Source of the DNA: the human T2T-CHM13v2.0 reference genome, Homo sapiens
Assembly (NCBI RefSeq): GCF_009914755.1
Contig: NC_060934.1
Strand: one strand, 5' to 3'
Length of the DNA stretch: 64,000 bases
Position numbers and translations under genes: made by a program. The notes below the pieces were generated by a model. That model did not search any database. It was not told the DNA's origin and worked only from the letters and a program-made list of their open reading frames with translations. This document shows, in pieces, positions 15,651 to 31,096 of this stretch (the stretch's first letter is position 1; each line of letters opens with the position of its first letter).

Positions 15651-17114
15651 CTGAAGCTCTAATTTACACACGTGACAGGTCAAACAAAACAATTGAGAAT
15701 AATTGAATTTATTCCACCAGCCAAATACATGGACCATATACTCACATAAAAAATCTAATTAAAAAGAAAAAGACTACATGAGAAAGGTAGAAATTAGACA
15801 GCAGGAGAAAAGAATAATTCAAAATTTTCTCTAATAATTGTTTTGTCTATGGTTTCATCATTTCTAATGAGTAAATGTTTTCCTAGTTGTATTTATAAAT
15901 AAAATCCTTGAAGTACCTTAAAAAATCTGACTCTTACTAAATTCTGGCTCAAATGGTTTGTTTCAACTCAGTTTTGATGAGGACTCGCCAATAAGATATT
16001 TATATGACCACTGCATGCATAAAACTAGTACTTGTTGTGTGGTTCTATGTACGGAAAGGAAGCAAAAGCTGTGGGGTAGAGAAAGGACAGAGAGCAAGGA
16101 AATCTCTTAGGAGAAAGGAGCAGATGTAGGAGAGTTGAGTCAGGTGAATAATGAAGAGCCTGAGCAGTTCTGTGAATTGCTATGAATTCTAACTCTGAAG
16201 TCCTAACAGTCTCTTTATCCAGAGCAATCTTCAATATAGGCACCTCATGAAGCCTGGATCTTAACTTGTTTTCTGCTTTTGGTACATATGTATCCTTACC
16301 TGTTGCCCTCTCTACACTCCTAGCTCTATTTCCCACCCCATCTTCCATTACTGGACTTACCCTGAGCTCAGCTAAAGTGTAGAGTGAAAGAAATGTCACT
16401 GCTTACTACCCTCTAGGCATGGCATATCTGTTCTGCACACCACTGGAAGATCAATCTCCCTAAAATATTCCTTCTAGTATTCTCCTGCCCCAAATCCTTC
16501 ACTGGACCCATCACTAACTAGAAAGAAACAGTTCAGCCCCTTAACCTGACATTCAGTGCCTGCCATGACCTGGTCGTAACTTGACTTTCCTGATTTTCTT
16601 TCAATACAAGTCTGGAGCTATTCCATGCTCAAGTCCATCAGGTCTCCTAGGCACACCAGTTGCTTTTTATTTTACCTAGGCGCCTTTGTCCTTGTTTCCC
16701 ATTTCCCACATGCCTAGGATTCCCATTATTCTTTCTATAATTTCCCTGGCTAAGCCAAATTCATGTCTATTCCATCAGATCTTGGGTATATGTGATTGTG
16801 TGTATGTATAGATGTATAAGTGAACTAGCACATATGTGCAGACATGAATACGTATATACACACAGGGCCGAATAAATTCTGAGAGGTCAGTGTTTGCAGC
16901 ACATCACACAAGAAACCTACCCCTTTCCTTTTGTAATTGCTCTGACTTCAATACTGTCTTATAAATTGTCCAGCCTGTGCTCCACTTGGACAAGCTTATC
17001 AGAAACTCAGAAACAGGAATACTCATAAGTGCTCTGTCCTTGTCAACACTGAAGATTGAGAGATGAATGATAGGTTTTTAACCCCAAAAAGATCTTGGAA
17101 AATTTTAACAGCAG

Positions 17115-17571
17115 ATGCAATGTGAGTGGGCCTCATCCAATCAATTGAAAACCTGAATAAAACATAAAAGCTGAGTAAGAGGGAGCTGGGCCTGCATGAC
17201 AGAGCAGGGACATTGGCCTTTCCTGATCTTCGGACTTGAAATATTGGCTCTTCTTGCGTCTCTAACCTGATGGCTTCTGGACTGGAACTTACACTATTGC
17301 TTTTCTGGGTCTCAAGCCTTTGGACTTGGGCTGGAACTATGCATGGGCTCCCCTGAATCTCCAGCTTGCTTACTGCAAATCTTGGGACTCCTGCTTCTAT
17401 AATTGCATGAGCCAATCCCATAGAATAAATCTCTTTATTTGTATTTATATGTGTAGACTTACATATTTATATGCATACTTACACAAATTTATATTTGTTT
17501 TATGCATTTATAAATGTATTGCCTATATATACATATACTATGTTTTCTTCTAGAGAACACTGAATAATACA
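17115..17571 (+). mobile_element. MLT2-type (ERVL) LTR
   Basis: GGGCCTCATCCAATCAATTGAA...ATGAGCCAATCCCATAGAATAAATCTC...GAGAACACTGAATAATACA. Confidence 0.8.
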
Positions 17572-18474
17572 TACACGTAACTCTGTTTTTGTGCTGTTAT
17601 TGTTCTAGTACCTGTAAGATCAGACTACTACAGGTGACTGTTGTGCTATCTTTATTCAATTATGATACTCAACTATTCCCAAAATGCCTGACTTCTAGAA
17701 GATTCCTGGGGAAGAGAGTTGACAGAATTTAGAAATTATAGAATGACATGGCCTAATGAAAAAAGCAGAATGTCTTTGTATATATGTTTAATTTTTAAGT
17801 TGTCTTTTGAATTGGTAAAGTGGTAATCATGGTATACAATGTAGATATTCTTCAGCTTAAAAGCAGTTGATTATTCAATAGTCCTGGTACCAATTATTTG
17901 CGTGGTATATTATAGAGACCTGATGAGCTGTGTGTGGTCTATTTCATTCATTCATACTTCTAGTGTTATGTTTCTCCCTCTCTTTTTAACCTTATTGAGA
18001 CTCTGACCTTCTGAACTTAGTTGCTGCATCTGGTTTCCTCAGACCAATTTGGAGAAATTTAAGTTGAAAACTCAATTTTCACCAAGTCTGCCAATCACTG
18101 ACTAATGGAGTACATTTGATCTCTGAGTGAAGCTTTAAAAAATCCATCTAAAGCTCTGTGTTACAGTGGCACAGAAGCAATCTGACACTTGTAAGGAAAG
18201 ATAGCCTTATGTTTCTATTTTAAAAGCCATATTATATTTGTTCTGATTTTATGCTAATTTACATGCATCATCATAAGTGGCTTTGAGTACTGATCTTTTC
18301 TTTCATAGTGATGAAAATAATAAAGTCTTAGAGATTTGCATTCTGGTGTGAGGATCTGTATTTCTCTTTTACTTCCTCTGATAATTACCCAGTTTCCTTC
18401 AAATCATTCTCTACTAATTTAGAAGACCCTGTCTGTGATAGGGAGTGTCTCTGTCTTAGAAAAAACTGAAAGAG

Positions 18475-18796
<322 letters not shown>

Positions 18797-20062
18797 TCAG
18801 GGAGAGACTGTTTCAAATTTCTACTACAAGCCAGTGATGGGGATAGAATTAATTTCTAAGCCACCTCATTCTACTTTAAAAAGCACTGTACATTTTTACC
18901 TCATGGCCTCTTTCTCATCTATTTTCCTCTAGTAAAGCATTTTGTAATCAACACAGAAATATGATGAGAGTTATAGCTAAATGGCTAAAGTTTATGCACA
19001 CTTGCTTGGTATTATTCTAAGCACTTTACAATTTCTGATCTAATTATTGAAACAACCCTGACTTTACAGAAGAGGAAATAGTCACAGAGTTCAGTAATTT
19101 GCCTAGAGTTAAATTGTAGCAAGTGGTAGAGCCAGAATTTGTATCCAAGCATTCCAGATCCAGAGCCTTCTGCTTTAACATATGATTTGTCTCCCACTCT
19201 GCTATGCCAACATCACAGGTCAGAGCTTTGGATCATTGGGCTTTAGGAAATCCTTTGCAATTCTGAGTTACTAAATTATTATAGAAAGGATTTGATTTTA
19301 CGGCTTGTTTTTAAATGTCAGAGAAAACTAAGAGTTTCCAGGCATTATAGGTTTTTCTCTTAAAATATCTTAAGGGTCCATATAATGGCATTTGCTGCAT
19401 GATGTCAATTCAAGTTAATGCACCTGTTAAATATCTGTGATTTAATGAGAAAACTAGACATGGATGAATTAGTATGTTGCAAGTGTGATACTCAAATGAC
19501 TTTACTAACAAAATTCTTTAATAAGTTAATTCCTTAAAGATCAGACAAATACCTGCTACTCAAGTCCCTTATATCACCCCCAAGTTACTTGTGACACTTC
19601 CTCCCTGGACCATCTGCTCTTGACATCTTCTCTTCCCTATCATCAAAACTTGCTTCCCACAGGGCTTTGCCAGGCTAGTCTGTTAAGCGATTTTAGTCCC
19701 TATCACTCACACCCCGCATCCCAACTAATTTGTATTTTAACAAAACTTGTGGGAACAAACTCTTATTCTAAATGAGTAACTCTATTCAGGTTGGTGGAGC
19801 TGCTATGTGGGAGCATCTGAGTCTCAATTTAAAGTTCTGAATTAGGTCAGTTTAAATATGGGACTCCCTTAGCAGACACAGACCTAGCAGCCCAATTATT
19901 TTTTCCATGGGGAAAAGGGTATGTCCTCCAGGTAGGAGGTGCTATGTCCTCTTCAGACACTAACAGAATTTGAGTGTAATTGCAACCAAGTCATTCATCA
20001 CAATTACTTTTTATTTTTATCAATGCCTCCATGGTTTATCCTGTCACTATGTTCATGGTGCC

Positions 20063-20438
20063 TGTATTAGTCTGTTCTCATACTGCTACAAAGAAATACC
20101 TGAGACTGGGTAATTTATAAAGAAAGAGGTTTAATTGACTCACAGTTCTGCATGGCTGGGGAGGCCTCAGGAAACTCACAATCATGGTGGAAGGCAAAGG
20201 GGAAGCAAGCTTAGGCCTTCTTATGTGACAGCAGGGGAGAGAAGTAGTGTGTACAGAAGGAAAAGTCAAACACTTATAAAACCACCAGGTCTCATGAGAA
20301 TTCACTCATTATCATGAAAACAGCATGGGGGAAACCACCCCCATAATCCTATCACTTCTCACCAGATTCTTTCCTTCAGGCCTAAGGATTACAATTCAAG
20401 ATGAGATTTGGGTGGGGACAAAAAGCTAAACCATATCC
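20063..20438 (-). mobile_element. Solo MaLR LTR (THE1D/MSTA-like)
   Basis: TGTATTAGTCTGTTCTCA...GAGACTGGGTAATTTATAAAG...GAGATTTGGGTGGGGACA...AAACCATATC. Confidence 0.9.
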
Positions 20439-21624
20439 ATGTCTGTGTCTGCATGTATTTCCTCTGTGATGTGGGCCTGTCAGTCTCTCCAAGTCACAAA
20501 ATGGGTCTCCTTTAACTGAGTCTCTGGCTAGGTCAGTCCATGAGTCTGGGCACAGCAAGGAAGGTGAGACTTGGAGTGAAGGGAGTATTCCTGTTTAACT
20601 ATAGGGATTCTATTAATTCGTCTCTCAGAATTTTCACAGAGAATCAGGCTGAATTAGAAATGCTTTACAGTGGGAAGTGGTATAATGGAAAAGTATCCAC
20701 AGAGGGTTCAGGTTCTGCTCTTGGGTTCTCATTCTAACAAAAACCCAAGTTGGGGAACCCAACTTGCTTTTCTCTGTCAAATAAAGGATCTCAAAAGTTT
20801 TCTTCAGTTCTAAGCCTTGATGCTTCCCAGTGTTCCATTTGTCCTTTGTTCACAGGGTGGCCTGTGCCAGACTGCCCGGACTCACTCCTGCACCACTTAT
20901 TAGTGGTGTGACCTGGGGCAAATTTCTCTGTGTCCCTAAGCTGTAGCTGCTTTATTGGAAAAATGGCGTAGCAATAGTACCCATTCCATAGAGTGATGGA
21001 GGATTAAATGAGTTAACCTATGTGCCTGGCATGTGGCAGGATGTAAGAGGATGTAAGAGATTTTATTAACATCATTGTTATCATCATCGTAGGGTGCCAA
21101 TTATAATTAGTTGGTAGTAAGTACATGAATGGCGAGGAACTCTTAGGGATCTTCGGAAAAGAAGGTTAGAAAGAGGATTCCTGAGATGAACATCTATATG
21201 TGCCAACACAGTTTTCCCCCCATGGAACCTGATTTTGATTTCTGACTTCCATTTCAAATAATCAGAGGCATTAGAGTTTAATTACATCTAATAATTTAAA
21301 GTACATTTTAGTTCATGCTGAAGGCCCCAGATGGAAAGATAAGCACTAAGCAGAATCCCAGTAGAAGAGCTGGATAGAATACTAAAATCAATAGAAATAA
21401 AAAATTTCATTTGTGCACAATGTTTTGCCAGTCCCCTGCCAGGCAGGTAGGAGATTTTATAAACCTCTGTTCCTTTATATCTTTCACTGTGTTAGTCACA
21501 GCATCTGGACTGAGTTATAATTACATCTTTTTAGGGCTGTTTTCTTCTAGGTCCCATATGGGGGTGGTTCTTCTCTCACCTTCCACATGGACCTTTATGT
21601 CCTCTCTTCACTGTTTTCATTTAG

Positions 21625-21922
<298 letters not shown>

Positions 21923-22789
21923 TCATCTAGCCTCTTAACTGATAGGTACATTAGTTAATGTCCAGTGAAGTTGGACATCATTGTGTTACATAAACAGAGT
22001 TGGGCTTATAAACGATAGGTGGGAGCATCTTTCAGTTAATCAGATTTGTACAATTGGAATGGTGAATATTGACACAGTTACCTTGAAGAAACTAGGCATA
22101 CTGAATTGACATCAACTATAAGAAATTTGCCATTAAAAATCTTTATAAGTTCTTGTATATGAAAAGCTTTATAAACTAGAATATCCTATGGAAATAAGAT
22201 ATTGTAGTTAGTTCTACTACTTAAACCTAGTGATTTTTAAATCAATTGGGCATCCTAAAACAATGAATAGTTTTTAATTGCTGGAGGGAGGGAAGGCATC
22301 ACTACATCACTACTGCAGGTGGGATTTTATAGAATTATAAACCAATCTGCTCACTTAGACATTCTGTCTGCCTAAATTGTCATGTGTTAATTCTCTTTAG
22401 TCATATTACATCTGGAGCAGAGCATTGCACTTAACTGCGCAAATCAGAAGGATTTATCTTACATCCTTATTAGTATTTCTCTCTTAATATTACCAGGGAC
22501 CAATTCCTATTGAATAAACAAACTTGGAAAATGTTCTCCATGTGATTGTTAATACATATATGCATAAAACTCCACATATAAATCTATATAGGATAAAAAT
22601 CTTAGCTTACATATGTTTAAAAGAAATCAAATTAGAGCTCTCAAGATACCAGCATATCTTAGACAGGACGATGATTTTTTACAAAAGGGCATGTTTTAAT
22701 TTTTGGATTGCATCAATCAAAAATATTCAATACAAAATTTTAGTTTATTAAATTAAAAATTCTAAGTGGTCATTAAAACTGATAACCTA

Positions 22790-23097
22790 GACCGGGCATG
22801 TTGGCTCATGCCTGTAATCCCAGCACTTTGGGAGGCTGAGGCAGGCAGATCATGAGTTCAGGAGTTCGAGACCAGCCTAGCCAACATAATGAAACCCCGT
22901 CTCTACTAAAAATACAAAAGTTAGCCTGGCATGGTGGCGTGTGCCTGTAATCCCAGCTACTCGGGAGGCTGAGGCACAAGAATCACTTGAATCCAGGAGG
23001 TGGAGGTTGTGATGAGCTGAGATTGCACCACCACTCCAGCCTAGGCAACAGAACGATACTCCATCTCATACAAACAAACCATCATCAACAACAAAAA
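22790..23097 (+). mobile_element. Alu (AluSg-like) with perfect TSD
   Basis: AAAACTGATAACCTAG at 22775-22790 and 23095-23110 flanks the element. Confidence 0.95.
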
Positions 23098-24419
23098 ACT
23101 GATAACCTAGTTGGAGTAGATTTGATGAAATGAAATGATGAACTAGCTTTCCTGGTTGAATCAGCAGCAAACATTTGTTAATAACTCTCCAGATTTTACA
23201 GGATCAGGCCAAGGAGCAGATGGGATACAGATTTCTAATACAGAATGTCACCGCAAGAGTGCTGCTCCTTTTCCAGATGCTTTTCCTGGGGGCAGTTGGA
23301 TTGTGAGAGCTGCACTTTGCAGGAGCCTGGTTACTGTTTCTGTGAATAAGATAAAATGGTGTTTATCCTCTGTTGATCAATACTGTCTTGTTTGAACTTA
23401 TTGAGTCATTTTAGAGACACATAAGGTAATGAAAACCATTGTGCAATAGTACCCACAGTACTACTCAGCTTTCTAAGGGATGACAATTTTTAAAAGACAG
23501 TTACTGAAACAGATTTTTAACATCAACTGCCTCCATGATGAAATGAGCATGCACTGTGTCAGGGTGTCCCATGGGTTTGGGTGAAAAGGTGTTGGGGTTT
23601 TATAACTAAGAGTTTTCTTCAGCAATAATCTCTAAAATAAAAATATACTCTGTGTGTGTGCTTTAATACTAAAAAAATTTACAGACTGTCTTTCTCTGAA
23701 TAAATGGAATAGTGCTACTATTTGTGATTAATCAAAATTTTTTATGTACAGTTTGTGATTTCAACTTTATTAGTATTGTTTTGAAAAACAAGGCCTAATA
23801 GGTATACTTGGGCAATTTTAGAAAATTTTTCTGGAGGTTGTTACAAATAGGAAAATGAAAAGGGAAGTGGGGTTTTTGCTGAATTCTTAAGTACCGGGGA
23901 CCACATTTCTCTCCTTTGCTTTATCATCTAATTTAAACTTCACAAAATACTGTGGGTCAGATCTTACCCCCATTTCACATTTGAGGAATCTGAGATTCAG
24001 TGGAGTCAAACAATATGCCCAAGGTCACAAACCTAGGGAGTTTTACAATAGGCGTTTCCACTTAGCTGTGTCGAGGCACAAAGCCTAGTGTTCTCTCCGT
24101 AATTAATTTTAAAAGTTTCTCAGATAGGCATAGTCCTATTTGGTGGAAGACTAGACTCTAAAGTCCTTTAGATTTTTCAACTGTGATTATTTCAATGGAT
24201 TCTGATTGTTCTGAATGCTGGACATGGGCTATAAAAGCGATTTGGTCTTTCTTGTTCTGTATTCTGAGAAATGCCAATTTTGAGAGATATTGATAGATGT
24301 TCCTGAAAGAAGATGTTCTGTTGTAAATTAAGCCCAGGAAACAAAACGTTGCCTACTCTCTTAGATAGTTGTGATAAATGACAATATTTGCATGTGTCAT
24401 GAGTCCCCAGTGCTCGAGC

Positions 24420-24670
24420 GTATGATATAATGGTTACGTGCTTGGGCTCTGGATCAGACTACCAGACAAAGGAGCCTGGCTCTGCCACTTGCTAACTGAG
24501 TAGCTGAGCCTGTTAGGTAATTTGTCTGTGCCTCCATTTTCCCATTTATAAACTGTTATAATAGTATCACACCATAGAGTTGTTCCAAGAATAACATGAG
24601 ATAATGCATGGAGAGAACTTAGAAGTAGACCCGATAATATAGTGCTTCACAGATGCTTGTTATCATTATT
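24420..24670. mobile_element. MIR SINE (one of many MIRs, also ~4810, ~12900, ~19050, ~20900, ~23950, ~31300, ~33100, ~37950, ~39700, ~40300, ~46200)
   Basis: TGGCTCTGCCACTTGCTAACTG...CTGTGCCTCCATTTTCCCATTTATAAA MIR core. Confidence 0.7.
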
Positions 24671-26214
24671 ACTCAAAACACTCATGTGGTAACAAGACCT
24701 GCTATAACTTTTCTAACACTGTTTCCTCAACTTACTTGACAATGGAGTTGCTTTTCTTTTGAGCCACATTTATTAACATCCACTGAATATAGTGTAGGAA
24801 ATGTTGATATTTGAAATGACATAAAACCACCTTGGCATTAGTGCAGTAGAAAATAAGAACAAAGTATTTATAGTGTTTTAATATCCATTATGTCATTTTA
24901 TAATGTTTGCCCACAACAATATTTCTTTTCCTTGCCAGCTGTCTTCTTTTTTCCCTTAAAATCGATAAATAGTAAAATAGAACAGTAAAATGTTAAGAGT
25001 TGTCTGAAATGGGCAGAGTCAATGTTATTCCAGAAAGTATGAACCTTATAAGTCATTTGTCTCTTTCTCTGTATTTAGCAGGGCAAAACCTTACTGCTTT
25101 GACAAATAAGTGATATCACTGTCATTTCCAGACCTGTGCTCCCATTGCATGCTCCATAGCACACGTTATAAAGAAAATTTCAGAGCAGACCAACACATTT
25201 TTTGATGCTCCTAAACTATAACTAGAGCTGAATTTGCCAAAATACGATCTATAAAACACTAATCCTGCACAATGTGCAAATAATGCTGTGTTCTTCATCT
25301 TCTTGGAGATATACAATACATATCTGAAAAGTCCTATAGTAAATAAAATCGTTTAGTTTGGAATCCTTTCTTCTTGGAATTTACATAGGTAATCATGACA
25401 AAAAGTCAGAGAGTTTAGGGGGTTTCTGGTAAAAATGGGATATTTTTGGTAAATGTCCAGATTGATTTCTTTCTTTAGCTAAAATACCATTATAATGTTT
25501 TTGGAGTACACAAAAAAAATATGTGAAAATATATCCACCTCAGCACAGTTGCCCAAATTGTGGAAACAATATAATAATTAGCCATTCCAAGGTTCAGATT
25601 TAACACACTGAAAACCAGTCATTTTCCATAATATTTTTTTGGTCAGAATCAAAAGTGAATAGTTTAAACATTCCTTTGGTTAGCAAGATAATGGCAGGCG
25701 GAATCGCAAGAGTTGTACCAAGACTTTCTTTTTTATGGTGGTAGTAGCTCTGGAGATAATTGAATATATGAAGTCTAAAGTATGATAGGAATTATGACCC
25801 ACACACAGAACTCAAAATCTGCTGGTGATGTTAATACTATTTCTTTTGTTAATTATATTTTTGTTTCTCAGGGTCCTAGGATTGGGACAGGCACTCAACC
25901 ACAACTCTCCCTGCTGTCTGGTTAGAGCTAAATAAACTTCTCACAACATTGGCTCCACTCTTGAACCCTCCGTGGTAAGTCTACAGAAATTTATTAAATC
26001 CTGGCAGCTATCTCATTTAGAGATTATATAATAATTCCAATATATTCTTTTGTTTTCTGGTTGTTTCATTAGTCTAAAAACAAGCTAGATAATTCTTTGA
26101 ATTAGGCTCGATAACAGAAGAGGGTAAAAGCTGTTTTCACTGCATTCCCACTGATACCACAATACACAGTTTCACAGAGTTGAAATAGAAAAAAGCAAAA
26201 CACATGGATCATAC

Positions 26215-26309
26215 CTGAGTAATTTCAGAGATCCCCACCCGGAAAAGGTTTCCTTGATTATGGCGAATTCAACGTGTCACTCGGGTTATGCTCTAATCGT
26301 CATATCAAA
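26215..26309 (-). other. A1CF: A1CF non-coding exon 1 (TSS region ~26261-26309)
   Basis: Donor CTCAG|GTATGA at 26215/26214; ATAATCAAGGAAACCTTTTCCGGGTGGGGATCTCTGAAATTACTCAG matches recalled mRNA start; exact TSS cannot be read from sequence. Confidence 0.9.
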
Positions 26310-26430
26310 CTCCAAAGGTTCAGTGGCTTTAGGTTTGGTTTACAATTCCTGGGAGTTAAACTTTAACTCACCCTGTCTCTTGCATCCATGCAGCCCTTTG
26401 ACCAGATAATTGGGTCACTACAGCCCAGAT
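26300..26430 (-). promoter_or_regulatory. A1CF proximal promoter with HNF1-like palindrome (26353-26369), HNF4-type DR1 (26392-26404), GATA (26404-26409) and a second DR1-like site (26310-26322)
   Basis: GAGTTAAACTTTAACTC; minus-strand TGGTCAAAGGGCT; AGATAA; CTCCAAAGGTTCA; fits liver/gut/kidney expression of A1CF. Confidence 0.75.
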
Positions 26431-27859
26431 ATAATCTACTAAAACTATCTTTGTTATTTGTTTATAAAATTAAAATAAATGTTGTAAAAATGTTGGGGTA
26501 AATATTATTTTGAAGATATTTTATTGGCTTATACGATATATTTAAAAAGTAAAAACTCACTGCAATTGGATACCTAAGCTTTCCTTTATGTTACTTCCTT
26601 TGTTTTTTACTATGTCAAAGTGATATTATAGCTAAGGTAATTTAGGAGAATATTTCTTTGTTTTACACTTTTTATATCACTATATTACATGGAGTAAAGT
26701 GTGGAGTTTTAGGTCAAGTACGTAGATAAATGCTGGCTTACAAACAGAAAATACACAAAGCATTTATATAACAAAGTAGATAGATTTAGGCCAGATCAGG
26801 TTGGGGAAAGCATACTTCTTTGTATACAAGCTGCTCATTTAGATTTTAAGAGGAGGCCACTGTGTGAGAAGCACAATAATCAGCTACATACTGGGGTTAT
26901 ATGATAGCTGATGCTATTGTTCATTGCCTGAAATCTCAGTGGTAACTGAGTTTCTTGAAAAATAGAGAAATGGTGCTTTCAGAAATACAAACATTATACT
27001 CTGAGTTCTCTGGTAAGAGCTGTAGTCTACAGAAGAAATCCCTAAGGGTAATAAAGCCCACATTTAAAAAAGGAAGAAGAACCAAAACCTTCCTAATTTT
27101 GAGTAAATTTTGGTTTAAGAGCTTGGAAACCACACATTCCAAAACTAGAATTAGAGGATACCCCTACTTGCCTTTAGTTCTAGTAAAAGGAGTCTAATTT
27201 TCTAGGAACCAACTATTGAGAGAGCATTTTTGTCTATAGAAAAGCACAAAACAAGCAATCCTTCTATAATATAGACGCAAAGGAAGATCCATCAATTAAG
27301 CACATCTATGAATATGTAAGAGAAGAGATAAAAGATACTGTTGGAATGCTAGTTCTGCTTACAGTTTTTAGTTCTCAAACATGGAATTATTTCAGTTCTC
27401 AAACATGAAATGATTTACCATTTTCCCATAGCAATGGATGATAGAGTTTAACAAAAACACCCCAGGAACAATTGTTTTACCCCAGAATTGCTCCCCTGAT
27501 GTTAGACCTAGAGAAAGCATTTATGCCCCACCCAGCTAGATAGCTGAATGAGGGACACATCCCTCTACTTCCTTCTTGGGAAGGGATTCCCTCACAAAGT
27601 AGCCCTGATGGTTTCCTAGTGAAAGCTCAGTCTGGGGTTGCATGGTTCCCAATTGAGTGGGGAATTCTTTGAGTTTGCCCAGTCCAATAAAGAACTGTTG
27701 ATGTTGTAAGATGGACAGTTTTGAGAGGGTTTCTTTTATTGTTTTTTGTGATAGGGGCTTAGATGGTGATAAGTGGAGATGAAGAAAGGAAAGCTAGGAT
27801 TTTTAGGCATCTGATGGAAACACCAAAACACAACAGGTAAAAGGAACGATATTAACTAG

Positions 27860-28560
<701 letters not shown>

Positions 28561-29214
28561 AACCAGTTATTAAAAACATGTCAGTTGCTTATTTGATGGA
28601 TCCTGGCATTCAACAGGGCAGGACTACAATCGCATTAACCCAAAATCTGATGATTTCCGTAGGACAATTCATATATTACTCCTAACAGCCAGTGGTAGTA
28701 ATGAATTTGGTAGTAATGAATTATTAGGTTATTGCTTTCTATTTTTATTGCTTTTGTTTTTTAAACCATTTTGTTACAAGGATAGGAATACACTGATCAG
28801 GAATAAAAATAAAAACAATGGATCAGCCTTTCTTTTTCTGAGGGGTACTTAGAGAGAAAGTCTCTGGCCCTGGGACAGAGAAACCAATCCATCAGAATGA
28901 GATCAAATTTATGACCTTGATCTCATCAGTCTAATCAAGAGAGCTAACTGTACCCAGGATGGCAAGATTTGCCTTTACTTTGTAAAAATAAACCAGTTTA
29001 GATAGTGGCTGGTAAATGTGAATTTTCTATTACTTTATTCTACAAACAATTACTGAGAAACTTCTCTCTGCTAAGTGTTGCATTAGAAAGGTGATTACTT
29101 AAAATGAGATTTGAGTCTATTAGTAGGCTATAAAATCAATAAAGTGGGTTGTATCTAACATATTAAAATAGAACAGAAAATATCAAGTGAATTGCATCTA
29201 GAAAGGGTAATACT

Positions 29215-29545
<331 letters not shown>

Positions 29546-29659
29546 CTATTTATGAAACTTTTTTTCTAATTATGTATCTATCTGTGTGTATTGGTTATGA
29601 AGTAAACTTTATTTTTTATTGTGGATCACAATTTTAAGCGTTTGGAAAATACTGTGCTA

Positions 29660-30540
29660 GTCTTAAGGGATTCAGTGGTTAACAGACCAGATGGAAGGTA
29701 CACACATTAAGCATATACCCCAATGATTAACTAATTATAGTTGTAATAAGTGTTATGAAGGAGAAGTACAGAATGCTAAACAGAACATAAAACATAGGGA
29801 CCTAACCTTGTGTAGGGCTGGGTGGGTTGGGAGGTACTTGAGGAAAGCCTTCCAGAACACAAGACATTTAAGCTGAGACCTGAAGGATGTGTGGATGGGA
29901 GGTGGGCATTCTAGTGAGTGGAAATAGCTCATAGGGATGCCCTGAGTTCGCATGAGTTAGGCACATTCAAAAAACTGGTAGAAGGTCGGTTGTGAAGGGC
30001 AAGAGGGAAAATGATGGGGAAATTGACTGGAGTAGGTAGCCAAGTCAGACGATTCATAAAGGGCCACCACTAGATTCCCAGCATTATCCAGGGCCAATGG
30101 GAAGGAAGTCACGGAAGCATCTGAAGAAGGGGAGCCACTTGGACTATTTGTGTAGATTCTGGGTGTAGAGTGGAGAATAAATTGCCATGGGATAACACTG
30201 CCTGCTTCTCTCCTTTTTTTTTTTTTTTTTGTTGTCTTAGAATAATTTTACTCTTGTACATATTCAAGTAAGTTGGTGATTTGAACTTGAAGGAGGCAAA
30301 GCATCTAAAAGAGACCAGTAAGAGGGGAGGTGGCAGGTGATGGTAGTTAAGATTAGGGTGGTGGCTCTGGGAAAAGAGAAAAGTAGACAAGGTCCATGAA
30401 ATGTGTAGGAGGTAAATCATCAAGAGGATATGGGAACTGAGCAGGGCATGACATCTAAAGGACAAGTCTCAAATTACTGAATGCAGCCATTGGCTGGATG
30501 GTGATACTATTTGCTGAAATGAGAATGCTCAAAAAAGAAG
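29660..30540. mobile_element. L2 LINE fragments
   Basis: GACATTTAAGCTGAGACCTGAAGGATG, ATGGGAAG..CACGGAAGCAT, GGATGGTGATACTATTTGCTGAAATG. Confidence 0.6.
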
Positions 30541-30823
30541 AGACTTACAAAAATAGGCTATACCAGGTCCATAGTAAGTACTCATTCGGTGGTTGCAATG
30601 ATCAATCATTCATACATGAAATATTTGGCTTATGGATTTTAACGAATCTTGCTTTCACTATCAGAGTACATTTAGGTAAAAATCATTAATTTTTGCTGGT
30701 GAAGGCAAAACGTAAAGCTTAAAAAAAAAACAAAATATAACTAAAAGTCAAAGATTACCAAGAATAAGAAGCTTCCTTCCCTGCCACCATCCTCCCTGCC
30801 CTGGCTCAATAAAAATATCTCTT

Positions 30824-31096
<273 letters not shown>

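Noticed and set aside
16025-16399. 124-aa minus-strand ORF
   Set aside because: Non-AUG start, no recognisable domain; length compatible with chance
25122-25324. Minus-strand 64-aa ORF preceded by an acceptor-like TTTTCAG in intron 1
   Set aside because: No similarity to A1CF or any protein I recognise, ends in a stop, donors weak; no support as an exon
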